A stretch of 64,000 nucleotides of DNA from Pseudonocardia sp. (lineage in GTDB: Bacteria; Actinomycetota; Actinomycetes; Mycobacteriales; Pseudonocardiaceae). The stretch is from positions 9,088 through 73,087 of the forward strand of contig NZ_JBFWVQ010000018.1 of the NCBI RefSeq assembly GCF_050246655.1, given 5' to 3'. Shown here in pieces: positions 28,694-39,700 of this stretch; positions within the stretch are counted from its first letter, which is position 1, and every line of letters begins with the position of its first letter. Below the pieces are notes generated by a model. That model ran no database searches and was not told the DNA's origin. It worked only from the letters and a program-made list of their open reading frames with translations. A program made the translations under genes and the position numbers.

Positions 28694-29471
28694 CGGCTCG
28701 ACGTTTGCCGAGGTCTTCGACGACGCGTTGTTCCCCGACGCCGACCTGCCCGCGGTCGCCCTCGATCCGGCCGATGTGTTCGACCACGACGACGCCACCG
28801 CCGTCGGCACCCACGTCGACGGGGGCAGCCGGGAACCGCGATTCGACGGTGACACGAGCAGACTTCCTGCGGAGTTGTGCTGGACCCTGCAGGCTTTGCT
28901 GGCCGCCCCGCACGTCAGCGAGAGGGACCGCAAGTACTGGCCTGTCCTTCTACAGCACGGCGACGTTCTGCGCAGCCGGTTGTCCGAGCTGGGGCTGATC
29001 TTGGAGGTCAACCACGAGCATCGGTACGCATTCACCCGCCAGGCCGACGATCCCAGCCCGCACTCCCGGATCATCCTGCGCGCCAAGAAGCTCAGCCTCG
29101 CGGCGAGCACGTTGGCGCTGTTTCTGTACCGGCAGTACCTGACCACGCCCGAGGAGCCGGTCGTCGCGACCGGGGACATGGTTGATCACATGATGGCCTA
29201 CAAGCGCGCCGAGGACACCGACGAGAAGGCGTTCCGGGACAAGATTGCCGCCGCGATTACCGCGCTGGAGAAGGCGGCGATTGTGAAGCCCATCCCGGGT
29301 ACCGACCGTTACCTCATCTATGGCGTGATCACCTCGATCCTCACCGCAGACCGCGTAGAGGCGCTGCAACGGCGGTACCGGGCAATCGCCAAGGGGGGCA
29401 ACACGCTGGCGGCGGTGTCCGAGGACGAGCACGACCCAGTCGACGGGGAGGACGCGGACGAGAATGCCTGA
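28686..29471 (+). CDS. jetB: Wadjet protein JetB (DUF4194)
   Basis: LRSRLSELGLILEV..YAFTRQ; overlaps jetA and jetC. Confidence 0.85.
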   Translation: MGDGSTFAEVFDDALFPDADLPAVALDPADVFDHDDATAVGTHVDGGSREPRFDGDTSRLPAELCWTLQALLAAPHVSERDRKYWPVLLQHGDVLRSRLSELGLILEVNHEHRYAFTRQADDPSPHSRIILRAKKLSLAASTLALFLYRQYLTTPEEPVVATGDMVDHMMAYKRAEDTDEKAFRDKIAAAITALEKAAIVKPIPGTDRYLIYGVITSILTADRVEALQRRYRAIAKGGNTLAAVSEDEHDPVDGEDADENA

Positions 29472-32400
29472 GATTCACCCGGTGCCCGATGCGGCCGCTT
29501 ACCCGCCTCGGCCGGTCGGGCGGTCGGTTCATCGAGGCCAGTTCCGGATCACCCGCCTGCAGATCATCAACTGGGGCACCTTCACCGGTTACCGCGATCT
29601 GAAGGTCGACGAGCGGGGGGTGTTGTTCACCGGCCCGTCAGGGTCGGGGAAATCCTCCTTGCTCGACGCGCATTCGATCGTGCTGCTTTCGGCGTATGAC
29701 CAGCGGTTCAACGCGTCTGCGGATCTGACCGCGCGGGGGTCGAAGCAGGCCAGTCGCACTGTCGCCGACTACGTGCGCGGGGCGTGGTCGGAGACCAACG
29801 ACGAGCACGACCATTCGCGGATTCGGTATCTGCGGGCGGGGAAACCGACGTGGTCGGCGGTCGCGGCGACCTACGACAACGGGCTCGGCTCCACGACTAC
29901 CGCGGTCGTAGTCAAGTGGTTCCCCGGCACCGAAACCGACAGTGCGTCGCTGAGGACGATGCACCAGCTGCACCGCGGCGAGTTCAACCTTCCGGTCATG
30001 GAGGAATGGGCCGCCCGCGGGTTCGACCTGTCGTGGTTCAAGAAGTCGCACCCGAACACCCACTACGACGGCCAAGGCGCCTACCTGCGGGAGCTGGGCA
30101 AACGGGTGGGGATCGGCAACTCGAAGTCCGCACTGGCGCTTTTAGGCAAGGCCAAGGCGATGAAGAACGTCGGCGATCTGAACCTGTTCATCCGCGACAA
30201 CATGCTCGACCGGCCCACCACGTTCGACGACGCCCAGAAGATGTTGGACGCGTTCACCCCGCTCAACGACGCATACAAGACCGCGCAGCGCGCCCACGCC
30301 CAGGCCAAGGCGTTGCGAGAGGTCCCGGAGAACTGGCACACATTCTGCTCGTCAACCGACGCGCACTCCCGTGCCCAGGACATGCTGGGCACGTCAATGG
30401 AGCGGTACCTGCGCGGTGTCGCGCTACATACGATCGAGACCGAGCTCAACGACATCGACCAGGTGATCGCCGGCCTCGATGCAGAGGCCGGCCGCCTCGA
30501 CGAGCAGTGCGAGCTCGCCCGGGGGAGATTCTTGTCGCTGCAGGCGCAGTACAACCAGGACGCCGCAGCGCTGCGTGACCTGGAGAGCGACCTGAAGGTC
30601 CAGAAGGCCGAGGCCCGAGCGCGTCTGCAGGCCTACGGCGTGTACGGCGAGTTGGTACGCGCGATCGGGCGGCCGGTACCGGAGGACGAGGAAGCGTTCA
30701 CAGCGCTCGCCGCCCAGACCGCCGGCATCGCCCAGGAAGCGCAGGCGGTGTTGGACGAAGAACTACCGCTGCGACACGACGTGTTCGCCGCGGCGAGTGG
30801 CGCACGCCACGAACTTGAGGAGAAAGCCCGTGAGTTGGAGGCGTTGGGCACCGCGCGGAACTTGATTCCGCCGCAGCGGGCGCAGCGGCGTGATTTGATC
30901 GCGGCTGGAGCGAAGGTTCCCGCCGGGGATCTGGCGTATGCGGCGGAGTTGATCGACGTCGCCCCTGACGAGGAGCGGTGGCGGCCAGCGGCGGAGAAGG
31001 TACTGCGCGGCTTCGGGTTGCGGCTGCTGGTCCCGGAAGGCCACCAGGACGCGGTCAAGGGGTTCATCGATGCCAACGATATGAGAAGCGTGGTCGAGTA
31101 CAGCGTCGTGCCAGCAGCGTTCGCGGTCCCGGCACAGCAGACGCCCGGAACGCTGGCCACGAAGCTGACCGTCAGCACCGGCCACCCCGCCGGGCGGTGG
31201 CTGGAGACCGAGCTCGCGAAGCGGTTCGATCACGTGTGCGTCGAAGCAGCGGCGGACCTGGCCGGGCACCGGCTGGCGGTGACCGTCCGCGGCACGGTCA
31301 AGATGCCTGGACACCACTACCGCAAGGACGACCGACCGGAAGTGACGCTGCCTTCGGCCTACATCCTCGGCGGGAATGTCGCGGTCAAACGCGACGCGCT
31401 GACCGAGGTGGTTGCCGAACTCCAACGCACCGCGGACGTGGCCGAACGCGCGGCGGAGCAGCTCGAGACCAGCATCACCGACGCAACCGGTCGCCGCGAC
31501 GCCGCACAGAAACTCGCCGAGTACACCCACTGGTCTGACCTCGATCACTGGTCCGCGGACGCGGCCGCCGACGACTTCACCGCGCGGATCGCAGAGGTCA
31601 AAGCCAATGACGTGAACCTGGCCGATCTTGAAACCCGCCGCGACGTCGCCGAAGACCGCTGGAAGGAACTGGTCGGGAAGAAGGCCGAACTCGACGCCGA
31701 CCTGACGCGCCGCAACAACCGGCAGACGAAGCTGATCGAGGACTTCGACCAGGAGGAACCCAAGCCGCACACCATCGACGACGCTGACGACCGCGCCTAC
31801 CTCGACGAGGTACTGGCGGCGGTGATGGGTCCCGGCACAGCACCCGTGACGGTCGACACGATGCCCCAGGTCCGCCACAACTTTCGTAAGGAGCTCCAGC
31901 ATCGCCGCGACACCGCCGAGGGCACCCGTCACCACGCCCGATCGAACCTCAAGACGGCGATCGAGGCGTTCATCGAGCGGTGGCCCGACGCTGCGCCGGA
32001 CACCAGCGGTGACGTCGAGCGCAGCGGTGGGGACTTCGCGCGGCTGCACACCGAGATCGTCGAGCGGAACCTGCCGGCGGCGATGGACAAGCTCGAACGG
32101 ATGATCAGCGGGGACATGGTCCCGTCGATCAGTTTTTTGCACCGGTCGATCGTGAACGCCGCTGAGGAGATCCGGTCGCGCATCAAGATGGTCAACTCCG
32201 GCCTGCGGCGGGTGGAGTTCGACGAGGGAACCCACCTGCAGATCGTCATCACCGCCCATGAACCGGTCGAGGTGAAGGAGTTCCGCACCGCCGTGGACGC
32301 GGTGCTGCGCAACGCTCCAGGAACCGGGACGAAGGAGAGCCGGGACCCCGCCGTGTTACTGGCGCAGTTCCGGCGGGTTCAGGAGTTGATGAGGCGCTTC

Positions 32401-32904
32401 ACCGATACCAGCGCCGACGCCGTCCGGTGGCGCACGCAGGTCCTCGACGTCCGCAACACCTACACCTTCTACGGCCGTGAGGAGAACGCCGACGGGGAGA
32501 CCACAAAGACCTACAGGAACACCGCGGTTAACTCCGGCGGGGAGCAGGAGAAGCTGGTGGCGTTCTGCCTCGCGGCGGCGCTGAGCTACAACCTCGCCGC
32601 TCCCGACTCCGATGGCCGCCCCACGTTCGCGCCGCTGATGCTGGACGAGGCGTTCAGCAAGTCCGACGAGAAGTATGCACAACAGGCGCTCGGCGCGTTC
32701 GAGGAGTTCGGGTTCCAGCTGATCATGGCGGCGCCGATCCGCATGTCCGGGATCGTCGAGCCGTACATCGGGCAGGCCGTCCTGGTCGACAAGCACGTCA
32801 ACGCGACTGAGGCCCGCTCCACCGTGCACACCGCCACGTTCGGCGAACTGACCGAACGCCGGCGCGGCGATTTCGATGCCGAAGACACACCCGCGAGCGC
32901 ATGA
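29464..32904 (+). CDS. jetC: Wadjet SMC-like ATPase JetC
   Basis: LQIINWGTF, Walker A GPSGSGKS, long coiled coils, NSGGEQEKL, LMLDEAF. Confidence 0.9.
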   Translation: MPEIHPVPDAAAYPPRPVGRSVHRGQFRITRLQIINWGTFTGYRDLKVDERGVLFTGPSGSGKSSLLDAHSIVLLSAYDQRFNASADLTARGSKQASRTVADYVRGAWSETNDEHDHSRIRYLRAGKPTWSAVAATYDNGLGSTTTAVVVKWFPGTETDSASLRTMHQLHRGEFNLPVMEEWAARGFDLSWFKKSHPNTHYDGQGAYLRELGKRVGIGNSKSALALLGKAKAMKNVGDLNLFIRDNMLDRPTTFDDAQKMLDAFTPLNDAYKTAQRAHAQAKALREVPENWHTFCSSTDAHSRAQDMLGTSMERYLRGVALHTIETELNDIDQVIAGLDAEAGRLDEQCELARGRFLSLQAQYNQDAAALRDLESDLKVQKAEARARLQAYGVYGELVRAIGRPVPEDEEAFTALAAQTAGIAQEAQAVLDEELPLRHDVFAAASGARHELEEKARELEALGTARNLIPPQRAQRRDLIAAGAKVPAGDLAYAAELIDVAPDEERWRPAAEKVLRGFGLRLLVPEGHQDAVKGFIDANDMRSVVEYSVVPAAFAVPAQQTPGTLATKLTVSTGHPAGRWLETELAKRFDHVCVEAAADLAGHRLAVTVRGTVKMPGHHYRKDDRPEVTLPSAYILGGNVAVKRDALTEVVAELQRTADVAERAAEQLETSITDATGRRDAAQKLAEYTHWSDLDHWSADAAADDFTARIAEVKANDVNLADLETRRDVAEDRWKELVGKKAELDADLTRRNNRQTKLIEDFDQEEPKPHTIDDADDRAYLDEVLAAVMGPGTAPVTVDTMPQVRHNFRKELQHRRDTAEGTRHHARSNLKTAIEAFIERWPDAAPDTSGDVERSGGDFARLHTEIVERNLPAAMDKLERMISGDMVPSISFLHRSIVNAAEEIRSRIKMVNSGLRRVEFDEGTHLQIVITAHEPVEVKEFRTAVDAVLRNAPGTGTKESRDPAVLLAQFRRVQELMRRFTDTSADAVRWRTQVLDVRNTYTFYGREENADGETTKTYRNTAVNSGGEQEKLVAFCLAAALSYNLAAPDSDGRPTFAPLMLDEAFSKSDEKYAQQALGAFEEFGFQLIMAAPIRMSGIVEPYIGQAVLVDKHVNATEARSTVHTATFGELTERRRGDFDAEDTPASA

Positions 32905-32934
32905 CCAGCAGGGCTGAGCTGAAGGGCTTCAAGG

Positions 32935-34128
32935 TTGCGCACCCCTGACGAGATCGCCAAGTCCCTTCGTCGGCGGTTCGAGATGGACTACCCGGACTGG
33001 GCGCGCGGCCGCGGTAGCTGGCCCCTGCGTATCAATCTGTGCCCGCCGACGCCCCAGGAACGCTCCGGGGACCCCGTCGCCTGTCATGCGTGGACGGATC
33101 GTTGGCGTGCCGCCAGCAGTCCAGGAACGCTGGAGTTCGCCAACGCCCGGTTCCCGACCGGGGTGCACCGGCTGCCGCGGCGGTTGATCCTGGCCACCCC
33201 GGGTCAGGTCGCTGCCGCCAACCCGGAAACGCGGGCGACATGGCAGCGCTGCGGCGCGCGGTTGACCGAACTGGAACGTACCTTCCCCCGGGCACGCTTC
33301 GACCGCATCATCCGCAAGATCACCGACCTGCCCGAGCAGGACTACCAGCGCCTGGTCTCCACCACGCAGTGGGTCATCAACCACCCGACCTCGGGGATGC
33401 TGCTGCGTCAACTGCCCATCGAAGGCATCGGCACGAAATGGCTGGGCAGACACGCCGCGTTGCTGCTGGCACTGCTGGGAGACAGCACTACCGTCGACGA
33501 CGACGAGGACATCGGCGCGGACACGACCGGGTCTCAGCGGATCCAATTACATCGACGTCTCGGGCTTCGGGTCCCACCCGACCTCATCCAAGTTGCCGTT
33601 CTCGACCCTCTGCTGCGCGCCCAGGTCGCGGGCATGCGTCACTTCGCCGCAGGCGTCGATGATCTCAATGCCTGGCCGCGGACACCGGACACCGTCGTTA
33701 TCCTGGAGAACAAGGAAACCGGGTACGCCATCACCGACGACAACCCCGGCACGGTTGTCCTGCACGGGTTGGGGTTCAGCGTCGCCCACTACGCCCGGAT
33801 CGACTGGGTACGCGCCGCGTCAAAGGTGATCTACTGGGGTGACATCGACCTCCCCGGTCTCTCGTTCGTCAACGATCTTCGTGGTCTCGGCGTCAACGCC
33901 ACCACGATCCTCATGGATATCGACACTCTCGACCGGTTCCGGCATCTCGCGGAGAAAGGTGCCGCATCCGGACGTCAGGACCTCCCGCGCCTGACGCCGG
34001 GTGAACGTGAACTCTATGAGCGTCTTCTCGGGCACGTCGCCAGCCATGGCACCGGCCTGTTGCTCGAGCAGGAGCGGATCTCCTGGGAGTACGCTCACGC
34101 CGTGCTGACTGCCGCATGGGCACCGTGA
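32935..34128 (+). CDS. jetD: Wadjet TOPRIM nuclease JetD (DUF3322 + DUF2220)
   Basis: LRQLPIEGIGTKW, ILENKET, YWGDIDLPG, LEQERI. Confidence 0.9.
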   Translation: MRTPDEIAKSLRRRFEMDYPDWARGRGSWPLRINLCPPTPQERSGDPVACHAWTDRWRAASSPGTLEFANARFPTGVHRLPRRLILATPGQVAAANPETRATWQRCGARLTELERTFPRARFDRIIRKITDLPEQDYQRLVSTTQWVINHPTSGMLLRQLPIEGIGTKWLGRHAALLLALLGDSTTVDDDEDIGADTTGSQRIQLHRRLGLRVPPDLIQVAVLDPLLRAQVAGMRHFAAGVDDLNAWPRTPDTVVILENKETGYAITDDNPGTVVLHGLGFSVAHYARIDWVRAASKVIYWGDIDLPGLSFVNDLRGLGVNATTILMDIDTLDRFRHLAEKGAASGRQDLPRLTPGERELYERLLGHVASHGTGLLLEQERISWEYAHAVLTAAWAP

Positions 34129-34506
34129 ACCTGCCGGACCAGCAGGCTGACTCTGGGTCACCACGGCCGATCAGGGCACGACCACCCGGTCCGCCGGACC
34201 CGCCAGCTCCACAAGGGGGCTCATCTCCTCCTCGGACACGAACCCCCACGGGACTCCGGCCGCTCGCCTCGGAGCTGGAGCAGTCGCGCTGCGGCCAGTA
34301 CCTTGACCACGTGACACGCGCGTCCCCGTAGCCGACCGGGCCCTGCGCAGGTCGTCGATCCTGACCCCATATCGCCGTCGGTCAATCCACCGCTCCTGAT
34401 TCGCTCCTGGTTGCCATCTCTCATTGCCCATAGTGGACGGAGAATGATCGTTCGAGGTGGAGCGCCAAGATTACCAAGAGCTGCGTTTCCGCTGGTCAGA
34501 ACGCCA

Positions 34507-34540
34507 ATGGGCGGCTCCTGCATCGGCAGGAGCCGCCCAT
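34507..34540 (-). terminator. 15-bp perfect hairpin just downstream of tRNA-Pro
   Basis: ATGGGCGGCTCCTGC-ATCG-GCAGGAGCCGCCCAT. Confidence 0.75.
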
Positions 34541-34547
34541 CACGCCG

Positions 34548-34621
<74 letters not shown>

Positions 34622-34681
34622 GCTGCCCCCGCGGGAGCCCGGCCAGCTTAGCGCACACCCTCCCGGTGCCCGGACGGCCGG

Positions 34682-35722
34682 TCAGATGCCGGACGGCCCC
34701 GCGAGCAGCTCGGCAACAGCGGCGTCGATGAACGCCGTGTCCACGGGGTTGGGACCACCACCGGCGAAGTGGCCCCACACGCCGGGGATGACGCGCAGCT
34801 CCGCGTTCGGCATGTGCGAGACGGCCCACTCCTCGTCCTCGGGCGGGAAGTAGAGGTCCTTCTCGGCCGGCATGCAGATCGCCCGGGCACGGATGGATCC
34901 GAGAGCGCCCTCGGTCGACTTCTGCCCCGGCGTGGCGCCGACGTCCCCGGCCCACCAGGTGTCGAGCATCGTGAGCAGGTTGTTCGGGTCCCGCCCGTCG
35001 AGGAAGAACCCCTCCCAGAAGCCGACGGCGAAGTCCTCCAGCGAGGTGTAGCCGAGCTCTCGCCACACCTCGTCCCAGTAGAAGGCCTGGGAGAACCCCC
35101 AGCCGGCATAGATGCGGCCGAAGGCGCGCAGGCCGCCGACCGGCCACTGGTCGGGCGGGTACCAGCCGCCGTCGAACCCGACGGAGGCGGTGAGCGCCGC
35201 ACGCAGCGAGTCCAGGAAGACCTGGTTGTGCGGAGCGGTGCGCGGGGACCCGCAGAACGGCAGGATCCGCTCCACCATCTCCGGGTGGCTGACGGCCCAC
35301 TGGTAGGTCTGTCCCGCGCCCATGGACCAGCCGAGCACGAGCTTCAGGGTGGAGATCCCGAACACCTCGGTGACGAGCCGGTACTGCGACTCGACGTTGT
35401 CCCGGACGTTGACCCGCGGGAAGCGCGGGCCGTTGTACGGCGGTGGGGTGTTCGACGGCGACGACGACAGCCCGTTGCCGAACATGTTCGGCACGATGAT
35501 GAACCACCGGCCGGGGTCGAGCGCCTTGTCCGACCCGATGAGCCACTCGTTGTCCCAGTGCCGCCCCGAGTACCACGTCGGGTAGAGGATCGCGTTGGAC
35601 TTGTCGGCGTTCAGCTCGCCGTAGGTCTGGTAGGCGATCTTGGCGGGGCGCAGCGTCTGGCCGCACTCGAAGGTGAACTCGGAGACCTCGTGCACATGGT
35701 ACGGCGCGTCGCGGCCGGTCAT
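34682..35722 (-). CDS. Alpha/beta hydrolase, homoserine O-acetyltransferase-like
   Basis: IAYQTYGELN, GWSMGA nucleophile elbow, DLYFPP, WGHFAG. ATGA overlap with the fmdA stop. Confidence 0.85.
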   Translation of the reverse strand: MTGRDAPYHVHEVSEFTFECGQTLRPAKIAYQTYGELNADKSNAILYPTWYSGRHWDNEWLIGSDKALDPGRWFIIVPNMFGNGLSSSPSNTPPPYNGPRFPRVNVRDNVESQYRLVTEVFGISTLKLVLGWSMGAGQTYQWAVSHPEMVERILPFCGSPRTAPHNQVFLDSLRAALTASVGFDGGWYPPDQWPVGGLRAFGRIYAGWGFSQAFYWDEVWRELGYTSLEDFAVGFWEGFFLDGRDPNNLLTMLDTWWAGDVGATPGQKSTEGALGSIRARAICMPAEKDLYFPPEDEEWAVSHMPNAELRVIPGVWGHFAGGGPNPVDTAFIDAAVAELLAGPSGI

Positions 35723-36966
35723 GACGTCACCGCGCAGCTGCCACGGTCGGCCCGCACCGGACCGGACGCCGACGGTCGGATGTCGAAGTCGAAGATCGCG
35801 GTGGGCAGGTAGAGCGAGCAGCAGGCGTTCGGGATGTCGACCACCCCGCTCACCCGGCCCTCGATCGGTGCGGCTCCCAGCAGCAGGTAGGCCTGCTCGC
35901 CGGAGTAGCCGAACTTCGTGAGGTACTCGACGGCGTTCAGGCAGGCGTTGCGGTAGGCGACGGTGGCGTCGTTGTAGAGCTGGGTGTCGGTGTCGTGCTC
36001 GACGCCGACGCCGATGAACGTCACGAACTCCGAGTACCGCGGCTCGACGTTGCCCGGCATGAGGATCGGGTTGGTCGTGACGCCGTAGGTGGCCATGCCG
36101 CCCTTGATCAGGTCGACGTGGAAGTCGATGAACCCGCCCATCTCGATGGCACCGCAGAAGGTGATCTCGCCGTCGCCCTGGGAGAAGTGCAGGTCGCCGC
36201 CGGAGAACAGCGCGCCGGGGACGTGCACGGGGTAGAAGACGCGCGAGCCGCGGGTGAAGTTCTTGATGTCGTGGTTGCCGCCGTTCTCCCGCGCGGGAAC
36301 GGTGCGGGCGCCGTCGCGGCCGATGGCGGCGAGCAGGTCGCCGTCGGCGGTGCCGCCGAGGACGCTCTCCTCCAGCGGGGGCAACGCCAGCGGGGGCACG
36401 CGTTCTGGGTCGGTGGCGATGAGTGCCCGCTCGCGCGCGTTCCAGCGGGCGAGGAGCTCGGCCGAGGGCGCGGTGCCGAACAGGCCCGGGTGGGTGATGC
36501 CGGTGAACGACACGCCGGGGATGTGGCGTGAGGTGCAGCGCTGGCCTGCGAAGTCCCAGATGGCCTTGTAGGCGTCCGGGAAGCGGTCGGTGAGGAAGCC
36601 GCCGCCGTTGGCCTTCGAGAAGATGCCGGTGTAGCCCCAGCCCTGCCCGGGCGCGTCGCCGATCTCCTGCGGTACCGGCCCGAGGTCGAGGATGTCGACG
36701 ACGAGCAGGTCGCCGGGCTCGGCGCCCTCGACGTAGATGGGGCCCGACAGCATGTGGGCGCAGGTGAGGTCGACGTCGCGGACGTCGTTCGCCGAGTCGT
36801 TGTTGCCGATCTGGCTGTCGGTCCACTCACGGCACTCGACGCGGATCTGCTGGCCCGGCCGGACGGTCACCGCCGGCGGGATGTCGGGATGCCACCGGTT
36901 GTGGCCTGGCACGGCCTGGTCGCGCATCGAGCGGGCCTGGTCGACGGTGAACACGACGTCGGGCAC
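35719..36966 (-). CDS. fmdA: Formamidase (acetamidase/formamidase family)
   Basis: GHNRWHPDIP, ENGGNHDIKN, GDLHFSQGDGEITFCGAIEM, SGVVDIPNAC. Confidence 0.92.
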   Translation of the reverse strand: MPDVVFTVDQARSMRDQAVPGHNRWHPDIPPAVTVRPGQQIRVECREWTDSQIGNNDSANDVRDVDLTCAHMLSGPIYVEGAEPGDLLVVDILDLGPVPQEIGDAPGQGWGYTGIFSKANGGGFLTDRFPDAYKAIWDFAGQRCTSRHIPGVSFTGITHPGLFGTAPSAELLARWNARERALIATDPERVPPLALPPLEESVLGGTADGDLLAAIGRDGARTVPARENGGNHDIKNFTRGSRVFYPVHVPGALFSGGDLHFSQGDGEITFCGAIEMGGFIDFHVDLIKGGMATYGVTTNPILMPGNVEPRYSEFVTFIGVGVEHDTDTQLYNDATVAYRNACLNAVEYLTKFGYSGEQAYLLLGAAPIEGRVSGVVDIPNACCSLYLPTAIFDFDIRPSASGPVRADRGSCAVTS

Positions 36967-37047
36967 GGTGACCTCCGGTCTCTCGGCGTACTCCTCCGGA
37001 TATGAGGCTTTGCGGAGGGGAGCGGGGTGGGAAGCGGGGCGGGGAGC

Positions 37048-37332
37048 TCAGGGGCGGGGCAGGCGCAGGTGGCGGGGATCGGTCGTCGTCCGCGTGGCCC
37101 GCCGGGAACGGCCCGGCACGCGGTCCACGACGGGGGGTGCGTCGGCGCTCGCGGCGCTGGTATCCAGGGCGCGGCGCAGCGCGGGATCGACGGAACGCAG
37201 CGCCGGCGCGCCGAAGAGCCTGCGGGCGGGCGCCCCGCACCCCGGGCACAGCGCGGCATCCCCCGCCTGCGCCATCGGCCGGATCAGGTCGAACGCGCCG
37301 CAGCGGGGACAGTCGTAACCGTACGTCGGCAT
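37048..37332 (-). CDS. fmdB: FmdB-family zinc-ribbon protein
   Basis: MPTYGYDCPRCG...CPGCGAPARR; directly upstream of fmdA. Confidence 0.85.
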   Translation of the reverse strand: MPTYGYDCPRCGAFDLIRPMAQAGDAALCPGCGAPARRLFGAPALRSVDPALRRALDTSAASADAPPVVDRVPGRSRRATRTTTDPRHLRLPRP

Positions 37333-37390
37333 CCCAGGCCTCGTCTCAGTGAACAATTTCTTCTGAAACTAATGGCCCTGCCGCGTGAGG

Positions 37391-38794
37391 TCAACGCTTG
37401 CGCGGCCGCTTCTCCCGCACCCGGACGGACAGCCGGATCGGTGAACCGGTGAACCCGAACTCCTCCCGCAGCCGCCGCTCCAGGAAGCGCCGGTAGCCGG
37501 CCTCCAGGAAGCCGGTCGTGAACAGCACGAAGGTCGGCGGGCGCGTCCGGGCCTGGGTGGCGAAGAGCACCTTGGGCTGCTTCCCGCCACGCACGGGCGG
37601 CGGGGTGGCCGCGACGACCTCCGCGAGCCACCCGTTGAGCTTGCCGGTGGGGATGCGGGCGTCCCACGAGTCCAGGGCTCGTCGCAGCGCAGGGGCGATC
37701 CGGCCCACGGCACGGCCCGTCAGCGCCGAGATGTTCACCCGCTCCGCCCACGGCACCCGGACGAGGTCGCGGTCCAGCTCGCGGGCCAGGGCGTGGCGCC
37801 GGTCCTCGTCGACGAGGTCCCACTTGTTGAACGCCAGCACGAGTGCCCGGCCCGCCTCCTCGACCATGCCGATGACGCGCTGATCCTGCTCCGCGATCGG
37901 CTCGGAGGCGTCCAGCAGCACGACCGCGACCTCGGCAGCCTCGATCGCCGCGCGGGTGCGCAGCGACGCGTAGTACTCCATCCCGGATGCGGTCCTGACG
38001 CGCTTGCGCAGCCCGGCGGTGTCGACGAAGCGCCACGTCTCGCCGTCCAGCTCGACCAGGGAGTCCACCGGGTCCACGGTGGTGCCCGCGACCTCGTGCA
38101 CGACCGACCGCACCTCGCCGGACACCCGGTTGAGCAGCGACGACTTGCCGACGTTCGGCTTGCCGACCAGCGCCACCCGCCGCGGCCCGCCCTGGGCCGC
38201 GCCGACCATGTCCTCCGGCGAGGTGGGCAGGGCCTGCAGGATCGCGTCCAACAGGTCGCCCGCGCCGCGCCCGTGCAGGCCGCTGACGGGGTGCGGCTCC
38301 CCCAGCCCGAGCCGCCACAGCGCCGCGACGTCCGCGGTGAGCCGGTCGTCGTCGACCTTCGTGGCCGCGAGCAGGACGGGCCGGTCCGAGCGGCGCAGCA
38401 CGCGCGCGACGGCCTCGTCCGTGGCCGTGGCGCCGACCGCGGCGTCCACGACGAGCAGTACGGCGTCCGCCGACCGCATCGCGTAGTCCGCCTGCTCGGC
38501 GACGGCGGCCTGCAGGCCGGTGGCATCCGGCTCCCAGCCACCGGTGTCGACGAGGGTGAACCGTCGCCCGTTCCACAGCGCGTCGTAGGTCACCCGGTCC
38601 CGGGTGACCCCGGGGATGTCCTGCACGACGGCCTCGCGCCGCCCGATCAGCCGGTTGACCAGTGTGGACTTGCCCACGTTCGGCCGCCCGACGACGGCGA
38701 GCACCGGCTGCGGGCCGTGCTCCTGCGCCGCGGCGTCGTCGGCGAACTCGTCGCCCGCGCTGAACTCGGCCGGGTCGATGCCCAGCCGCGACAT
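37391..38794 (-). CDS. der: Ribosome biogenesis GTPase Der (EngA)
   Basis: Two G-domains GRPNVGKST and [23 protein letters not shown]-like C-terminus. Start uncertain (alternative GTG at 38809). Confidence 0.95.
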   Translation of the reverse strand: MSRLGIDPAEFSAGDEFADDAAAQEHGPQPVLAVVGRPNVGKSTLVNRLIGRREAVVQDIPGVTRDRVTYDALWNGRRFTLVDTGGWEPDATGLQAAVAEQADYAMRSADAVLLVVDAAVGATATDEAVARVLRRSDRPVLLAATKVDDDRLTADVAALWRLGLGEPHPVSGLHGRGAGDLLDAILQALPTSPEDMVGAAQGGPRRVALVGKPNVGKSSLLNRVSGEVRSVVHEVAGTTVDPVDSLVELDGETWRFVDTAGLRKRVRTASGMEYYASLRTRAAIEAAEVAVVLLDASEPIAEQDQRVIGMVEEAGRALVLAFNKWDLVDEDRRHALARELDRDLVRVPWAERVNISALTGRAVGRIAPALRRALDSWDARIPTGKLNGWLAEVVAATPPPVRGGKQPKVLFATQARTRPPTFVLFTTGFLEAGYRRFLERRLREEFGFTGSPIRLSVRVREKRPRKR

Positions 38795-38883
38795 CTCCAG
38801 CGTGTCCACCTGATCGAATCCTGCACCCACAGCCCGCTCCGTCGTCCGTACCGATCCTCCAGGGTGCCAGGTGACCGGCGGGG

Positions 38884-39570
38884 CTAGCGGACGAGCCCCC
38901 GCTCCCGCACGAGCCGGAGCAGCTCGTCGAGCACGGCGTCGACGGAGAGGTCGTCCGTGTCGAGCACCAGCGCGTCCGGCGCGGCGTGCAGGGGCGACAC
39001 CTTGCGGGTCGAGTCGAGCCGGTCCCGGCGGCGGACGTCGGCGAGCACCGTGGCGGCGTCCACCTCCCGCCCGGCCCGGCGGTCCTGCTTGCCGCGGCGC
39101 TCGGCACGGACCGCATCGGAGGCCGTCAGGTACACCTTCAGCGGTGCCTCGGGCACGACGACGCTGCCGATGTCGCGGCCCTCGACGACGATGCCGTCCG
39201 CCCGCGCGATCAGCTCCCGCTGCCGGGCGACCATCACCGCGCGGACCTCGGGCAGCGCCGACACCGCGCTCACGGCACGGGTGACCTCCGGCCCGCGGAT
39301 CTCCGCGCCGACGTCCTCGCCGGCGAGGCGGATCGTCGGATCGGACGGGTCGGTGCCGGACTCCAGCTCCGCGGCGACCGCGACCGGGCCCGCCTCGGGG
39401 GCGTCCGGGGCCACCCCGGCCCGCAGGACGGCCAGCGTCGCGGCCCGGTACATCGCACCGGTGTCCAGGTACGCGGCCCCGCACTCGCGGGCCAGGCGCC
39501 GCGACACCGTCGACTTCCCCGTGCCCGACGGCCCGTCCATCGCCACGACCCCGTGCAGCCGCCCCGTCAC
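38884..39570 (-). CDS. cmk: Cytidylate kinase
   Basis: [26 protein letters not shown]. Confidence 0.95.
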   Translation of the reverse strand: MTGRLHGVVAMDGPSGTGKSTVSRRLARECGAAYLDTGAMYRAATLAVLRAGVAPDAPEAGPVAVAAELESGTDPSDPTIRLAGEDVGAEIRGPEVTRAVSAVSALPEVRAVMVARQRELIARADGIVVEGRDIGSVVVPEAPLKVYLTASDAVRAERRGKQDRRAGREVDAATVLADVRRRDRLDSTRKVSPLHAAPDALVLDTDDLSVDAVLDELLRLVRERGLVR

Positions 39571-39649
39571 CCCGCCGTGCCCCTTCCCGGTCCCGCGCCC
39601 ACCGCCGGACCGCCGGTCATCATGCCGGGCCCGGATCCGGGACCTCCAT

Positions 39650-39700
39650 CATCCCGACGGCTTCATCCCGATCGGCGACATCCCGATCGGCTACATCCCC
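39650..39700. repeat. ~3.5 tandem copies of a 14-15 bp unit (CATCCCGATCGGCNN) at the rluB 3' end
   Basis: catcccgacggctt catcccgatcggcga catcccgatcggcta catcccc. Confidence 0.7.

Noticed and set aside
34129-34480. Short ORFs between jetD and the tRNA
   Set aside because: No consistent RBS, codon bias or recognisable motif; may be a decayed fragment that I cannot identify.
37345-37375. Possible GlnR box upstream of fmdB
   Set aside because: GAAAC/TTCAC half-sites are present but spacing does not clearly fit GTNAC-n6-GAAAC.
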